DNA of 64,000 bases, taken from positions 7,502,001 to 7,566,000 of the forward strand of contig NC_079165.1 of the NCBI RefSeq assembly GCF_947568905.1. Direction: 5' to 3'. The DNA comes from Ostrea edulis (taxonomy: Eukaryota). The position numbers and the translations under genes were made by a program. The notes under the pieces were generated by a model. That model had not been told where the DNA came from, searched no databases, and saw only the letters and a list, made by a program, of their open reading frames with translations. Positions 33,101-48,100 of the stretch are shown here, one piece after another. The stretch's first letter is position 1. The number at the start of each line of letters is the position of its first letter.

Positions 33101-36100
33101 CCCCCCTCCTACACAATTTTGTTGAGGGGAAGCATAATGAGAAAACATTCCATGTATCATGCTAAAACAAATTATAAATATACCTTCCATAACCTTCTGG
33201 TGAAAATATGCCTAAACAACATAAACTGGAAATAAACTGGGAAAAGTAGTGGTGGACCAACTGTAAAACAAGACAGAAAAAATCATAAAAATATTACTAT
33301 ACCTACTACAAATATAGAGAAAGAACATTGAAGAGGTAGAATGACTGGGCCCATCCGATATCCCAGTACATTGTGTGTTTGATTAGTCTTGGGTCTTTCG
33401 GAAATGATCTTAAAAACGTAGGTCCCGTGACATGGGAGGTATTGACAGTATATGATAAAGAACCTTTACTGCTACGGGCATAAGCACCATGCATGCATCA
33501 AAATTTGTGGCATTTCACTCGAAGTTGGTGATGTCTCTGTGTGAGTGAAAAATTTCTTGAATGGGATGTAAAATAACAAATCTTTATGAATTCATATGGC
33601 GAGATTCTTTGTTAAAATTTATAAACAATTTAAGCAACATTACAATTCTTAAGTCTGATACGAAAATGAAGTTTTCATATGTAAACATGTTGGTGCCTTT
33701 ATCATTGGCCGTCAACAGTAAAAACATGTCTTCCTTCCACTCCATCCAATAAAGCGCGAATTAACACACAGTTACAGCAAGGCTCACTTCATCGTTTGTT
33801 CTAGATCTATATATGTTTATTGAAATTGAATAGAATGGATTTCTGGTTCACCAAAATTAATGAAGAAAAGAAGTGTGCACTGAAGAAGAATCAAATTGTA
33901 CTCACTGAGGAAGAAGTACTTATGTTGCTGGTTGTACGGCATGCTGGATTTGTTGGATTTAGCAACCTTACAAAATAAAAACAAACATCAATGAAGAGTC
34001 TTTGTACATTACAGAGAGTTTTAAAAGCAATCAGTAATCTATACTTTCAGAGAGATAACAAATATCTATAATACATGAAATAATTATTTTGTATGAAAAG
34101 GTGAAGATAACGAAGAGTGATTAATCTCATAACTCCTATAAGCAGTACAAAATAGAGAGTTGGGCAAACACGGACCCCTGGATATACCAGAGGTGGGATC
34201 AGGTGCCTAGGAGGAGTAAGCATCCCTTGTCGACCAGTCACACCCGCCGTGAGCCCTATATCTTGATCAGGTAAAATGAGTAACCATAGGCAGAATCAGT
34301 GTGCCAAGAACAGCCTAGCAATCGGTATGCAACAAGTCAGACAGCATTTGACCCAATAATAGGTTGTGTGTTGGCAAATTAGATCTTTATAATGACCACA
34401 GAAGTCTCAAAATGCTGACTTTAGACGAGACTATTGAAACCCCTGTACATGTAACATCAACTTGTTTGTCAGTAGCCTGCATCAATTTAAAACTGATCAT
34501 ACGGAGAACATGCTTGTGCGTATTGAATCAGTTGAAAGATATTATCCAGGTGGTAATGGAATATTGCTACATACATGTATGTATGTGTATATTGCACGAA
34601 ACTCATGATTGTGATACATACTTCTACAGGCATTCTTTCACCCACAACAAACAGCTGATCTACACGGACATCAGGATCTTTGCCCATCTATAAATAAACA
34701 TGATATAAGAATGTATAAAATGCAGCAGGGGTGGCAAGTTAAATCTGTATTGAGAATGAAATTTAAAATCTGAAATATTTTTCACAACTGTGATAAGATT
34801 ACCATACCACATAAGGCTGACCACATTGGGATTATAAACAGACAATCTTACCAATTAGGATTATAATAGGTTACACACTTAGCACAACTAGTTTATAACT
34901 AGTTTATAACTAGACACAACGGGATTATAGATAGGACACATTAGGATTATAACTAGACACATTAAGTTTATAACTAGACACATTAAGTTTATAACTAGAC
35001 ACATCAGGATTATAGATAGGACACATTAGGGTTATAACTAGACACATTAAGTTTATAACTAGACACATCAGGATTATAGATAGGACACATTAGGATTATA
35101 ACTAGACACATTAAGTTTATAACTAGACACATCAGGATTATAGATAGGATACATCAGGATTATAGATAGGATACATCAGGATTATAGATAGGACACATTA
35201 GGATTATAACTAGACACATTAAGTTTATAACTAGACACATCAGGATTATAGATAGGATACATTAGGGTTACAACTAGACACATTAAGTTTATAACTAGAC
35301 ACATCAGGATTATAGATAGGATACATCAGGATTATAGATAGGATACATTAGGGTTATAACTAGACACATCAGGATTATAGATAGGATACATTAGGGTTAC
35401 AACTAGACACATCAGGATTATAGATAGGATACATTAGGGTTACAACTAGACACATTAAGTTTATAACTAGACACATCAGGATTATAGATAGGACACATTA
35501 GGGTTACAACTAGACACATCAGGATTATAGATAGGATACATTAGGGTTACAACTAAACACATTAAGTTTATAACTAGACACATCAGGATTATAGATAGGA
35601 CACATTAGGGTTATAACTAGACACATTAAGTTTATAACTAGACACATCAGGATTATAGATAGGACACATTAGGGTTATAACTAGACACATTAAGTTTATA
35701 ACTAGACACATCAGGATTATAGATAGGATACATTAGGGTTACAACTAGACACATTAAGTTTATAACTAGACAATTAAGTTTATAACTAGACACATCAGGA
35801 TTATAGATAGGACACATTAGGGTTACAACTAGACACATCAGGATTATAGATAGGACACATTAGGGTTATAACTAGACACATTAAGTTTATAACTAGACAC
35901 ATCAGGATTATAGATAGGACACATTAGGATTACAACTAGACACATTAAGTTTATAACTAGACACATCAGGATTATAGATAGGACACATTAGGATTACAAC
36001 TAGACACATTAAGTTTATAACTAGACACATCAGGATTATAGATAGGACACATTAGGATTATAACTAGACACATTAAGTTTATAACTAGACACATTAAGTT

Positions 36101-39100
36101 TATAACTAGACACATCAGGATTATAGATAGGACACATTAGGGTTATAACTAGACACATTAAGTTTATAACTAGACACATCAGGATTATAGATAGGACACA
36201 TTAGGATTATAACTAGACACATTAAGTTTATAACTAGACACATCAGGATTATAGATAGGATACATTAGGGTTACAACTAGACACATTAAGTTTATAACTA
36301 GACACATTAAGTTTATAACTAGACACATCAGGATTATAGATAGGATACATCAGGATTATAGATAGGATACATCAGGATTATAGATAGGATACATCAGGAT
36401 TATAGATAGGACACATTAGGATTATAACTAGACACATTAAGTTTATAACTAGACACATCAGGATTATAGATAGGACACATTAGGGTTACAACTAGACACA
36501 TTAAGTTTATAACTAGACACATCAGGATTATAGATAGGATACATCAGGATTATAGATAGGATACATTAGGGTTATAACTAGACACATCAGGATTATAGAT
36601 AGGATACATTAGGGTTACAACTAGACACATCAGGATTATAGATAGGATACATTAGGGTTACAACTAGACACATTAAGTTTATAACTAGACAATTAAGTTT
36701 ATAACTAGACACATTAAGTTTATAACTAGACACATCAGGATTATAGATAGGACACATTAGGGTTACAACTAGACACATTAAGTTTATAACTAGACACATC
36801 AGGATTATAGATAGGATACATTAGGGTTATAACTAGACACATTAAGTTTATAACTAGACACATCAGGATTATAGATAGGATACATTAGGGTTACAACTAG
36901 ACACATCAGGATTATAGATAGGACACATTAGGGTTACAACTAGACACATTAAGTTTATAACTAGACACATCAGGATTATAGATAGGATACATTAGGGTTA
37001 TAACTAGACACATTAAGTTTATAACTAGACACATCAGGATTATAGATAGGATACATTAGGGTTACAACTAGACACATCAGGATTATAGATAGGATACATT
37101 AGGGTTACAACTAGACACATTAAGTTTATAACTAGACACATCAGGATTATAGATAGGATACATTAGGGTTATAACTAGACACATTAAGTTTACAACTAGA
37201 CACATCAGGATTATAGATAGGATACATTAGGGTTACAACTAGACACATTAAGTTTATAACTAGACACATCAGGATTATAGATAGGATACATTAGGGTTAC
37301 AACTAGACACATCAGGATTATAGATAGGATACATTAGGGTTACAACTAGACACATCAGGATTATAGATAGGACACATTAGGGTTACAACTAGACACATCA
37401 GGATTATAGATAGGATACATTAGGGTTACAACTAGACACATTAAGTTTATAACTAGACAATTAAGTTTACAACTAGACACATCAGGATTATAGATAGGAT
37501 ACATTAGGGTTACAACTAGACACATCAGGATTATAGATAGGATACATTAGGGTTACAACTAGACACATTAAGTTTATAACTAGACACATTAAGTTTATAA
37601 CTAGACACATCAGGATTATAGATAGGATACATTAGGATTACAACTAGACACATTAAGTTTATAACTAGACACATCAGGATTATAGATAGGACACATTAGG
37701 GTTACAACATTAAGTTTATAACTAGACACATCAAGATTATAGATAGGATACATTAGGGTTATAACTAGACACATTAAGTTTATAACTAGACAATTAAGTT
37801 TATAACTAGACACATCAGGATTATAGATAGGACACATTAGGGTTATAACATTAAGTTTATAACTAGACACATCAGGATTATAGATAGGATACATTAGGGT
37901 TACAACTAGACACATTAAGTTTATAACTAGACACATCAGGATTATAGATAGGATACATTAGGGTTATAACATTAAGTTTATAACTAGACACATCAGGATT
38001 ATAGATAGGATACATTAGGGTTACAACTAGACACATTAGGGTTATAACTAGACACATTAAGTTTATAACTAGACACATCAGGATTATAGATAGGACACAT
38101 TAGGGTTACAACTAGACACATCAGGATTATAGATAGGATACATTAGGGTTACAACTAGACACATCAGGATTATAGATAGGACACATTAGGGTTACAACTA
38201 GACACATCAGGATTATAGATAGGATACATTAGGATTACAACTAGACACATTAAGTTTATAACTAGACACATCAGGATTATAGATAGGACACATTAGGGTT
38301 ACAACTAGACACATTAAGTTTATAACTAGACACATCAGGATTATAGATAGGATACATTAGGGTTACAACTAAACACATTAAGTTTATAACTAGACACATC
38401 AGGATTATAGATAGGATACATTAGGATTATAACTAGACACATTAAGTTTATAACTAGACACATTAAGTTTATAACTAGACACATCAGGATTATAGATAGG
38501 ACACATTAGGATTATAACTAGACACATTAAGTTTATAACTAGACACATCAGGATTATAGATAGGACACATTAGGGTTACAACTAGACACATTAAGTTTAT
38601 AACTAGACACATTAAGTTTATAACTAGACACATCAGGATTATAGATAGGACACATTAGGATTATAACTAGACACATTAAGTTTATAACTAGACACATCAG
38701 GATTATAGATAGGATACATTAGGGTTACAACTAGACACATTAAGTTTATAACTAGACACATTAAGTTTATAACTAGACACATCAGGATTATAGATAGGAT
38801 ACATTAGGGTTACAACTAAACACATTAAGTTTATAACTAGAGACATCAGGATTATAGATAGGACACATTAGGGTTACAACTAGACACATCAGGATTATAG
38901 ATAGGACACATTAGGGTTACAACTAGACACATTAGGGTTATAACTAGACACATTAAGTTTATAACTAGACAATTAAGTTTATAACTAGAGACATCAGGAT
39001 TATAGATAGGATACATTAGGGTTACAACTAGACACATTAGGATTATAACTAGACACATTAAGTTTATAACTAGACACATCAGGATTATAGATAGGACACA

Positions 39101-42100
39101 TTAGGGTTACAACTAGACACATTAAGTTTATAACTAGACACATTAAGTTTATAACTAGACACATCAGGATTATAGATAGGATACATTAGGGTTACAACTA
39201 AACACATTAAGTTTATAACTAGAGACATCAGGATTATAGATAGGACACATTAGGGTTACAACTAGACACATCAGGATTATAGATAGGACACATTAGGGTT
39301 ACAACTAGACACATTAAGTTTATAACTAGACACATTAAGTTTATAACTAGACACATCAGGATTATAGATAGGACACATTAGGGTTACAACTAGACACATT
39401 AGGGTTATAACTAGACACATTAAGTTTATAACTAGACACATCAGGATTATAGATAGGACACATTAGGGTTACAACTAGACACATTAGGGTTATAACTAGA
39501 CACATTAAGTTTATAACTAGACACATCAGGATTATAGATAGGACACATTAGGGTTACAACTAGACACATTAAGTTTATAACTAGACACATTAAGTTTATA
39601 ACTAGACAATTAAGTTTATAACTAGACACATCAGGATTATAGATAGGATACATTAGGGTTACAACTAGACACATTAAGTTTATAACTAGACACATCAGGA
39701 TTATAGATAGGATACATTAGGATTACAACTAGACACATTAAGTTTATAACTAGACACATCAGGATTATAGATAGGATACATTAGGGTTACAACTAGACAC
39801 ATTAAGTTTATAACTAGACACATCAGGATTATAGATAGGACACATTAGGATTATAACTAGACACATTAAGTTTATAACTAGACAATTAAGTTTATAACTA
39901 GACACATCAGGATTATAGATAGGATACATTAGGGTTACAACTAGACACATTAAGTTTATAACTAGACACATCAGGATTATAGATAGGACACATTAGGATT
40001 ATAACTAGACACATTAAGTTTATAACTAGACACATCAGGATTATAGATAGGACACATTAGGATTACAACTAGACACATTAAGTTTATAACTAGACACATT
40101 AAGTTTATAACTAGACACATCAGGATTATAGATAGGACACATTAGGGTTACAACTAGACACATTAGGGTTATAACTAGACACATTAAGTTTATAACTAGA
40201 CACATCAGGATTATAGATAGGATACATTAGGGTTACAACTAGACACATTAAGTTTATAACTAGACACATCAGGATTATAGATAGGATACATTAGGGTTAC
40301 AACTAGACACATTAAGTTTATAACTAGACACATCAGGATTATAGATAGGACACATTAGGGTTACAACTAGACACATTAGGGTTATAACTAGACACATTAA
40401 GTTTATAACTAGACACATCAGGATTATAGATAGGATACATTAGGGTTACAACTAGACACATTAAGTTTATAACTAGACACATCAGGATTATAGATAGGAC
40501 ACATTAGGGTTACAACTAGACACATCAGGATTATAGATAGGATACATTAGGGTTACAACTAGACACATCAGGATTATAGATAGGATACATTAGGGTTATA
40601 ACTAGACACATTAAGTTTATAACTAGAGACATCAGGATTATAGATAGGACACATTAGGGTTATAACATTAAGTTTATAACTAGACACATCAGGATTATAG
40701 ATAGGATACATTAGGGTTATAACTAGACACATTAAGTTTATAACTAGACACATCAGGATTATAGATAGGACACATTAGGATTACAACTAGACACATTAAG
40801 TTTATAACTAGAGACATCAGGATTATAGATAGGACACATTAGGATTATAACTAGACACATTAAGTTTATAACTAGACACATCAGGATTATAGATAGGACA
40901 CCCACTTACCACATTGGGTTTGGCATGGTGCTGATAATGCATATGATTCCACCAGCTAGGAGAAGCACCCTTCAAAAGAGAAATGACAATCAATCAGGCA
41001 TGTATAGGTAGAGATATAAGACTATCTATCAGGCATGTATAGGTAGAGATATAAGAACAGGTATTTGTAGTTCATTCAACTGTAAGTCTAACTGGTTTCT
41101 AAAAAGATAGATTATAAATAATACTTATATAAAATTTAGATTCCAAAAAAAGTACACATTTATAATTAGTATAGATATATATCATGCTTTTCAATCAATT
41201 TTGAGGATACACAAGAATCCTCCCATACATAGATCAGAACTGAGAAACTTATTCAGATAGATTATAGGAATTTATATTTGATTAATAAATTAAACATCCA
41301 GTGATTATTTCAGTCACACACGCAAGAATTCAATTTACAGTAACATTCTTATAAAATCTTACATCTGCTGTTGTCTTTTTAAATACATGTGTATATTGTA
41401 AATGAATTAATCCAAATGAATTTGCTCCAAATTAAAAAAAAAAAAAGAACTGAACTGAACCAAAAACTGAAAGGTATAAGTCTAGAATTGTGAATTACCT
41501 TTCTTTGATTTGGCAAAACTTTACAGTTTTTTTTTTTTAGTGTAAGAAGAATTTAACCATAAGTATCTATACAATTCATGAATTGGAGATATCTGTCAAT
41601 AATTCTAGGGAAAACTACAAAATTTCATAATTTATTGTGTTTTCACAATGCCAAAACAGTCTACAAATGCACAAACACCTAGTGTAGATGCTATAAGCAA
41701 GCATTTTGTAAAGCAGACGACAATGACCCTTTTCTGGAGATATTTCTCGACAAACGGATTCATTGATATCGAGCCATGCAATAGCAAACCCTGATGTACC
41801 ACTGCAATGACAAACCCTGGTGTACCACCACAATGACAAACCCTGGTGTACCACTGCAATATAACAAACCCTGATGTACCACTGCAATAACAAACCCTGA
41901 TGTACCACTGCAATAACAAACCCTGGTGTACCACCACAATGACAAACCCTGGTGTACCACTGCAATAACAAACCCTGATGTACCACTGCAATAACAAACC
42001 CTGATGTACCAACACAAAGGCAAACCCTGGTGTACCACCACAATGACAAACCCTGGTGTACCACTGCAATAGCAAACCCTGATGTACCACTGCAATGACA

Positions 42101-45100
42101 AACCCTGATGTACCAACACAATGGCAAACCCAGGTGTACCACCACAATGACAAACCCAGGTGTACCAACACAATGGCAAACCCTGGTGAAATAAAAAAAA
42201 TGGCGGTATATAACTTAAGCTCAATGGAATTGAGGATTAGTGTAAGACCACCTGAAAGAAGTCATCACTAGCACTTTCGGTTACACTAGGACAAGTCAAA
42301 AGAACTGTTTAGAGACAAGTCTCATTTTGAAATTTGCAGCAGGAATCCGGATCTGGAGGACACTAGGAGAGCAGATTTTCTGACTTTTGTATGGTGGACA
42401 TAAGACAGATTCGAAAATGGAAACATGATGGTTTGGCGAGGACTTTGCAGGAAACTAATTTTCACCAACTGTACCATGACAACACAGAAACAATGCCCTC
42501 ACTGAGTAGTGTTATCATAACCACCGTAAAATGGCTGAAATATTGCTAAAACGGTGTGAAACCACAATCAAACAATCAATAGCAGTGTAACGACAGTCCT
42601 GGGTTAACATTCCGGCAGGACAACCCTACAGGAAGTGAACACATTCCAGCAGGACAACACAACAGGAAGTGAACACATTCCGGCAGGACAACCCTACAGG
42701 AAGTGAACACATTCCAGCAGGACAACACAACAGGAAGTGAACAACAACTCACTCAGAAGGATGTCATTGTCTTATACTAGCCCTCAAAATTCACGGATCT
42801 CACGCCAATCAAGCATGTATTGCATCACCTCAGCCAGGGAGTCAAGGTGCACAGATCTCTGTCTTGGAATCTACAGAAACTGGTAGCATCATCTCGAGGA
42901 ATGGAACAATATTCTAAAGAAACTAGCAGCATCATCTCGAGGAATGGAACAATATTCTACAGAAACTGACAGTATCATCCGGAGGAATGGAACAATACTC
43001 TACATAAACTGACAGCATCACCCGGAGGAATGGAACAATACTCTACATACACTGACAGCATCATCCGGAGGAATGGAACAATACTCTACATAAACTGACA
43101 GCATCATCCGGAGGAATGGAACAATACTCTACATAAACTGACAGCATCATCCGGAGGAATGGAACAATACTCTACATAAACTGACAGCATCATCCGGAGG
43201 AATGGAACAATACTCTACATAAACTGACAGCTCATCCGGAGGAATGGAACAATACTCTACATAAACTGACAGCATCATCCGGAGGAATGGAACAATACTC
43301 TACATAAACTGACAGCATCATCCGGAGGAATAGAACAATACTCTATATAAACTGACAGCATCATCCGGAGGAATGGAACAATACTCTACATAAACTGACA
43401 GCATCATCCGGAGGAATGGAACAATACTCTACATAAACTGACAGCATCATCCGGAGGAATAGAACAATACTCTACATAAACTGACAGCATCATCCGAAGG
43501 AATGGAACAATACTCTAGGAAACTGTATCGGTTGCTATACAAATCCATTCATCAGAGGTTTGTAGCAGGCAGAAGTGATATACGTACTCACTTAATTAAG
43601 TTTGACTTGTACCCCAAAGTCATTTGAAGAATTTGAAAATGTTCAGTGTGCATTAAATCTATCTTTATGTATAAATAAAATCTTGTGATTGTAAGCAATT
43701 ACTTTTATGATTGTTCAACTTTTAATCATTTGACGATTATACCTTTCTATTTTTTGTTCGGTATAACATCTGAAAAATACTAACCACAGACTATCATACA
43801 TGACATTTACACACACAACAAAAAACAAAAGTCTACAAAGTTGAAACAAGGGGGACTGGTGGTTGAATATACTCTACAGATGAGTGCATATTGTGGAGTG
43901 GAGATTTTTTTTTATAAATTCTATAAGGAATACAATTGAATGAAAACCATAAAACTTGTATGAAACACGATAAAGGGATTCCGATTTCATGCTTACTTAC
44001 ATATTGAGGATCTGTAATGCTTATATAATAAGTTTTATAATAAGTTTTATAAAAAAGTATGAAAAGTTAAATATCCAAATTAACAGTATACATATACTAA
44101 AATCTGCAAGAGTATATGGTACCAAGACTGTTTAACTAATTTATATACATGAAGTTTTCCTCACAATTTCAACATATGTCACTGATAATGTTACAATGTT
44201 TTAAAAGATGCAAATGCTGGAAGTCTACAGATATTTCCAATACCCCCCCCCCCCCCCCCCCCCCCCTCACAGGGGCTTGATTTGAGCACCCGTTTTAAAA
44301 CACAAGTTCATGCTGGTATATTTGGCAATCATTTCAGTGTATAAAACATGATCAAAAAAATATTGTGTACCTTGTGTACATTATCTTTTTTACAAACTTA
44401 ATTATCATTATATCCTTTTACAATGTGATTAGAAACATAAATGTTCCAGTCTTATTTGTTTAAAGGGGGACTAAAGCTCAAAATCACTTTAAATAGTTTA
44501 TATTATCTTATTGTATTACATCGACAGAGCAAGAACACTATTTCGACACCCAAGATTTTGAACATTAATCAGCGTTAATTCCCCCACCAATGCTTGTTAT
44601 AAATGTATCTTTATGTTCATTAATGTTATAACTTGGTTTGGTACATTTGCGTTATGTGTTTGTTATGTTAACATCATCTGATTGGTAGTACGTTAAAAGG
44701 CGATATTACTTATGTGAAATAAACAGACCATACACATACATATATATGCGAGTGTGTACACGGCCTGTGTGTGTGTTTGTGTATATATTAAGACATGTGC
44801 AAGTGTGTACATGGCCTGTGTGTGTGTTTGTGTATATATTAGACATGTGCGAGTGTGTACATGGCCTGTGTGTGTGTTTGTGTATATATTAGACATGTGC
44901 GAGTGTGTACATGGCCTGTGTGTGTGTTTGTGTATATATTAGACATGTGCGAGTGTGTACATGGCCTGTGTGTGTGTTTGTGTATATATTAAGACATGTG
45001 CGAGTGTGTACATGGCCTGTGTGTGTGTTTGTGTATATATTAAGACATGTGCGAGTGTGTACATGGCCTGTGTGTGTGTTTGTGTATATATTAGACATGT

Positions 45101-48100
45101 GCGAGTGTGTACATGGCCTGTGTGTGTGTTTGTGTATATATTAGACATGTGCGAGTGTGTACATGGCCTGTGTGTGTGTTTGTGTATATATTAGACATGT
45201 GCGAGTGTGTACATGGCCTGTGTGTGTGTTTGTGTATATATTAGACATGTGCGACTGTGTACATGGCCTGTGTGTGTGTTTGTGTATATATTAGACATGT
45301 GCGACTGTGTACATGGCCTGTGTGTGTGTTTGTGTATATATTAGACATGTGTGAGTGTGTGCACGTGTGTGTGTGTTTGTGAATATATTAGACATCCTGG
45401 ACCTAATATGCAGTTCCTTTTCAGTTCTAATGATTTTTAGTACAAAATGTCCCCATAAAGCATCAATCATTTGTGACAAGGTATACTATACCCTGGGTAA
45501 AGCAAATACTTTCGTTTCCCCGACCACAATTTTCCATGAATTCCAAACAAGAGAGGAAGCATGTGCTGAGAAATTCTACACCACTAAAAGCACATATTGA
45601 GCATTATGACAATGCTGTAAAGAACAGCCTTTTTTTCCCATTATGCCTATCAACCTGACAAATACCTTGATACATCCTATCGTAAAAAAATGAAAAGCAT
45701 GGTCGAGCCAGCTGGCCTTAAATACAGAGAGATGTCCGAAGTCATGCTGCAACCATCCAATCTGGCTCTACAAGTAGAGGGTCACAACAAGTTTAATCGA
45801 CAGTGGTAATTAATACTGATAAATTCGGTCTATCAGATGAGTGGTGCAGCCATCATTCCCCAAAAGGCTATGGGCTCAATCCCTGTAGAAAAATGATCTA
45901 ACGATGGTTATAAATAGGAGGATGCAAACAGACAAATGTGTTATATAACTGATGTAAACGTGCACTAGCGGTTAATGCTGTTAGCAGAAGTGAGTCACCG
46001 ACGAACATATCTAGCTGACAAGGCCACGGAATAACGATTTGTGAGACAACACGTAGGAGAAAATTGTTCTGATAATTTCTGCATCAAAGAAAACCTACAG
46101 CTTTCCTTCCTTTTCAGTCTCATAGGACAAGTATTTATTCAGTTTCAGTGAATTTTGATCTCCTGAATTCTTTATGCAAAGCAAAACGCTGTTCTCTTGT
46201 GAATATTGCAAAGCTCTTTCGGTTATTAACTCTGATGCAAATGCAAAATCAGAACAAAGCCATTCCTTCTCCACTAATAACCAGTTACCTTTGTAAATCC
46301 CATAGTTAAGAAATGGACCAGATGATCCAAAGTTGGATTCTTAAATACTGACATATGGCCAAAATCATGCTGAAGCCACCCACACTGTGCCTTTAAAACA
46401 AACAATATGGCTTAGGACTTCTGGGAAATACATTCTAACACTCCATGATACAAGGCCCATAGGCCACAGTGCTGAATCATCAGCTCATTTTAAAGCAATA
46501 CAAGCTGTAACTGACAGCAGAAATATTGAAATATAAAAGAATAAATGGAATAACATATTTAGCAGAAAATATCGATTCATGAATGATTGTCTTCTTGACA
46601 ATAAATCCTGTTTGTAGTCTCTGATGTGCGATGACCTCGGAGGTCAACAATTCAGACAAATGCAGACGAGAGGCATGCTGCACTAGCGTTATATTTGTAA
46701 ACATGCTGAGCAGTGAAACTGACTGATTCTGCCAGAAAAAGATGAAAACGAGACGTAAATTCAAAGTTAAACAAAAACAAAATCTACGTCGACGATCAGA
46801 TTGATCAGTGGAATAAATTAAAGAACAATTTAAATGCTGAATTAAACTAATGCATATTTAGCGAAGATTCTCATGGGGTTTCATGGTTTTGATTTCATCC
46901 AATATGCCAACTTTATTGAAAATTAAATTCATGATAAAATTTCATTTGAGGGGCACTTTCTTTCTGATACTTATTAATGTTAAAGGCATTCATGACACGA
47001 TGTAATATTTTAAAACAAACAAAATGTATAATTACTCACATGAGTTTCTAATTTAGAATGACATTGGTCTCAACAACTCGATTATGCTCGGCAATCATTG
47101 TTTTCGTATTAAAGAATACGATGATGGTGTCTGAGGCATTACGCTGGTTTATACAAAACACTCATTGTTGGTATGCTTTCAAGCAACATTCCCATGTTTA
47201 TTTTGCTGATTTATTTCATCAGATCTTGAGGATTATATAGCTTAAACCAGTAGGCGTTAATTGGCGCTTACTTGTCAATGAGTAATTAAAAATACCATCA
47301 GTTACAGCTTGTATTGCTTTAAATCTTGTTTTCATGGTTTGAATTGTCAAATTTATTTCCACTTCTACACAAATACTGAATTTTCCGAACAGCAGACTCT
47401 GTGTTATATAATAACACATGATGAACATATCCTATACAGTTCTAATTTAAAAGAAGAAATACCCAAAACCAAACATCTCAGCTAGGCCAAAATTCTGATG
47501 AAATTGCATGTGGATGTCAAGCAAGTCAAAGTGGAACAGTGATAAAAGCTCTTGTCGAACAACATCCGTCGTGATCTGATGGTTCAGGTGAGCTAACAAA
47601 ATCCGTCGTGATCTGATGGTTCAGGTGAGCTAACAAAATCCGTCGTGATCTGATGGTTCAGGTAAGCTAACAACATCCATCGTGATCTGATGGTTCAGGT
47701 GAGCTAACAAAATCCGTCGTGATCTGATGGTTCAGGTGAGCTAACAAAATCTGTCGTGATCTGATGGTTCAGGTGAGCTAACAAAATCCATCGTGATCTG
47801 ATGGTTCAGGTAAGCTAACAAAATCCGTCGTGATCTGATGGTTCAGGTAAGCTAACAACATCCATCGTGATCTGATGGTTCAGGTAAGCTAACAAAGAAG
47901 ATCTTTTGATTATATAGATATCTATTAAATGATAAGAATTATTATGAATATATCAAATAAAACAATTGCATGGATAATTAGTACCCAATGAATGCATGTA
48001 ACATCAGAAAATGAAATTAACACTCAGTAAAAGATTTAATCATCCATATAACATTAAAAATCTGCTTCTCACACCAATTCCTCCTAATTCTGATTCAGAA

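Larger units (their letters stand above)
42250..43600 (+). pseudogene. Decayed Tc1-like transposase with internal minisatellite expansions
   Basis: In order: F-S-D (about 42373), [27 protein letters not shown] (compare WPxxSPDLNPIEHxW), [27 protein letters not shown]; stops and frameshifts present. Confidence 0.65.

Noticed and set aside
35653-39971. ORFs of the [15 protein letters not shown] type
   Set aside because: Translations of the 21/22-bp satellite; no domain and no splice-consistent role
41615-42224. Three overlapping 154-179 aa Cys/Val-rich ORFs
   Set aside because: All three frames are open because the 26-bp unit lacks stops on that strand
44693-45194. Multiple short ORFs on both strands
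   Set aside because: Products of the 50-bp TG-rich minisatellite
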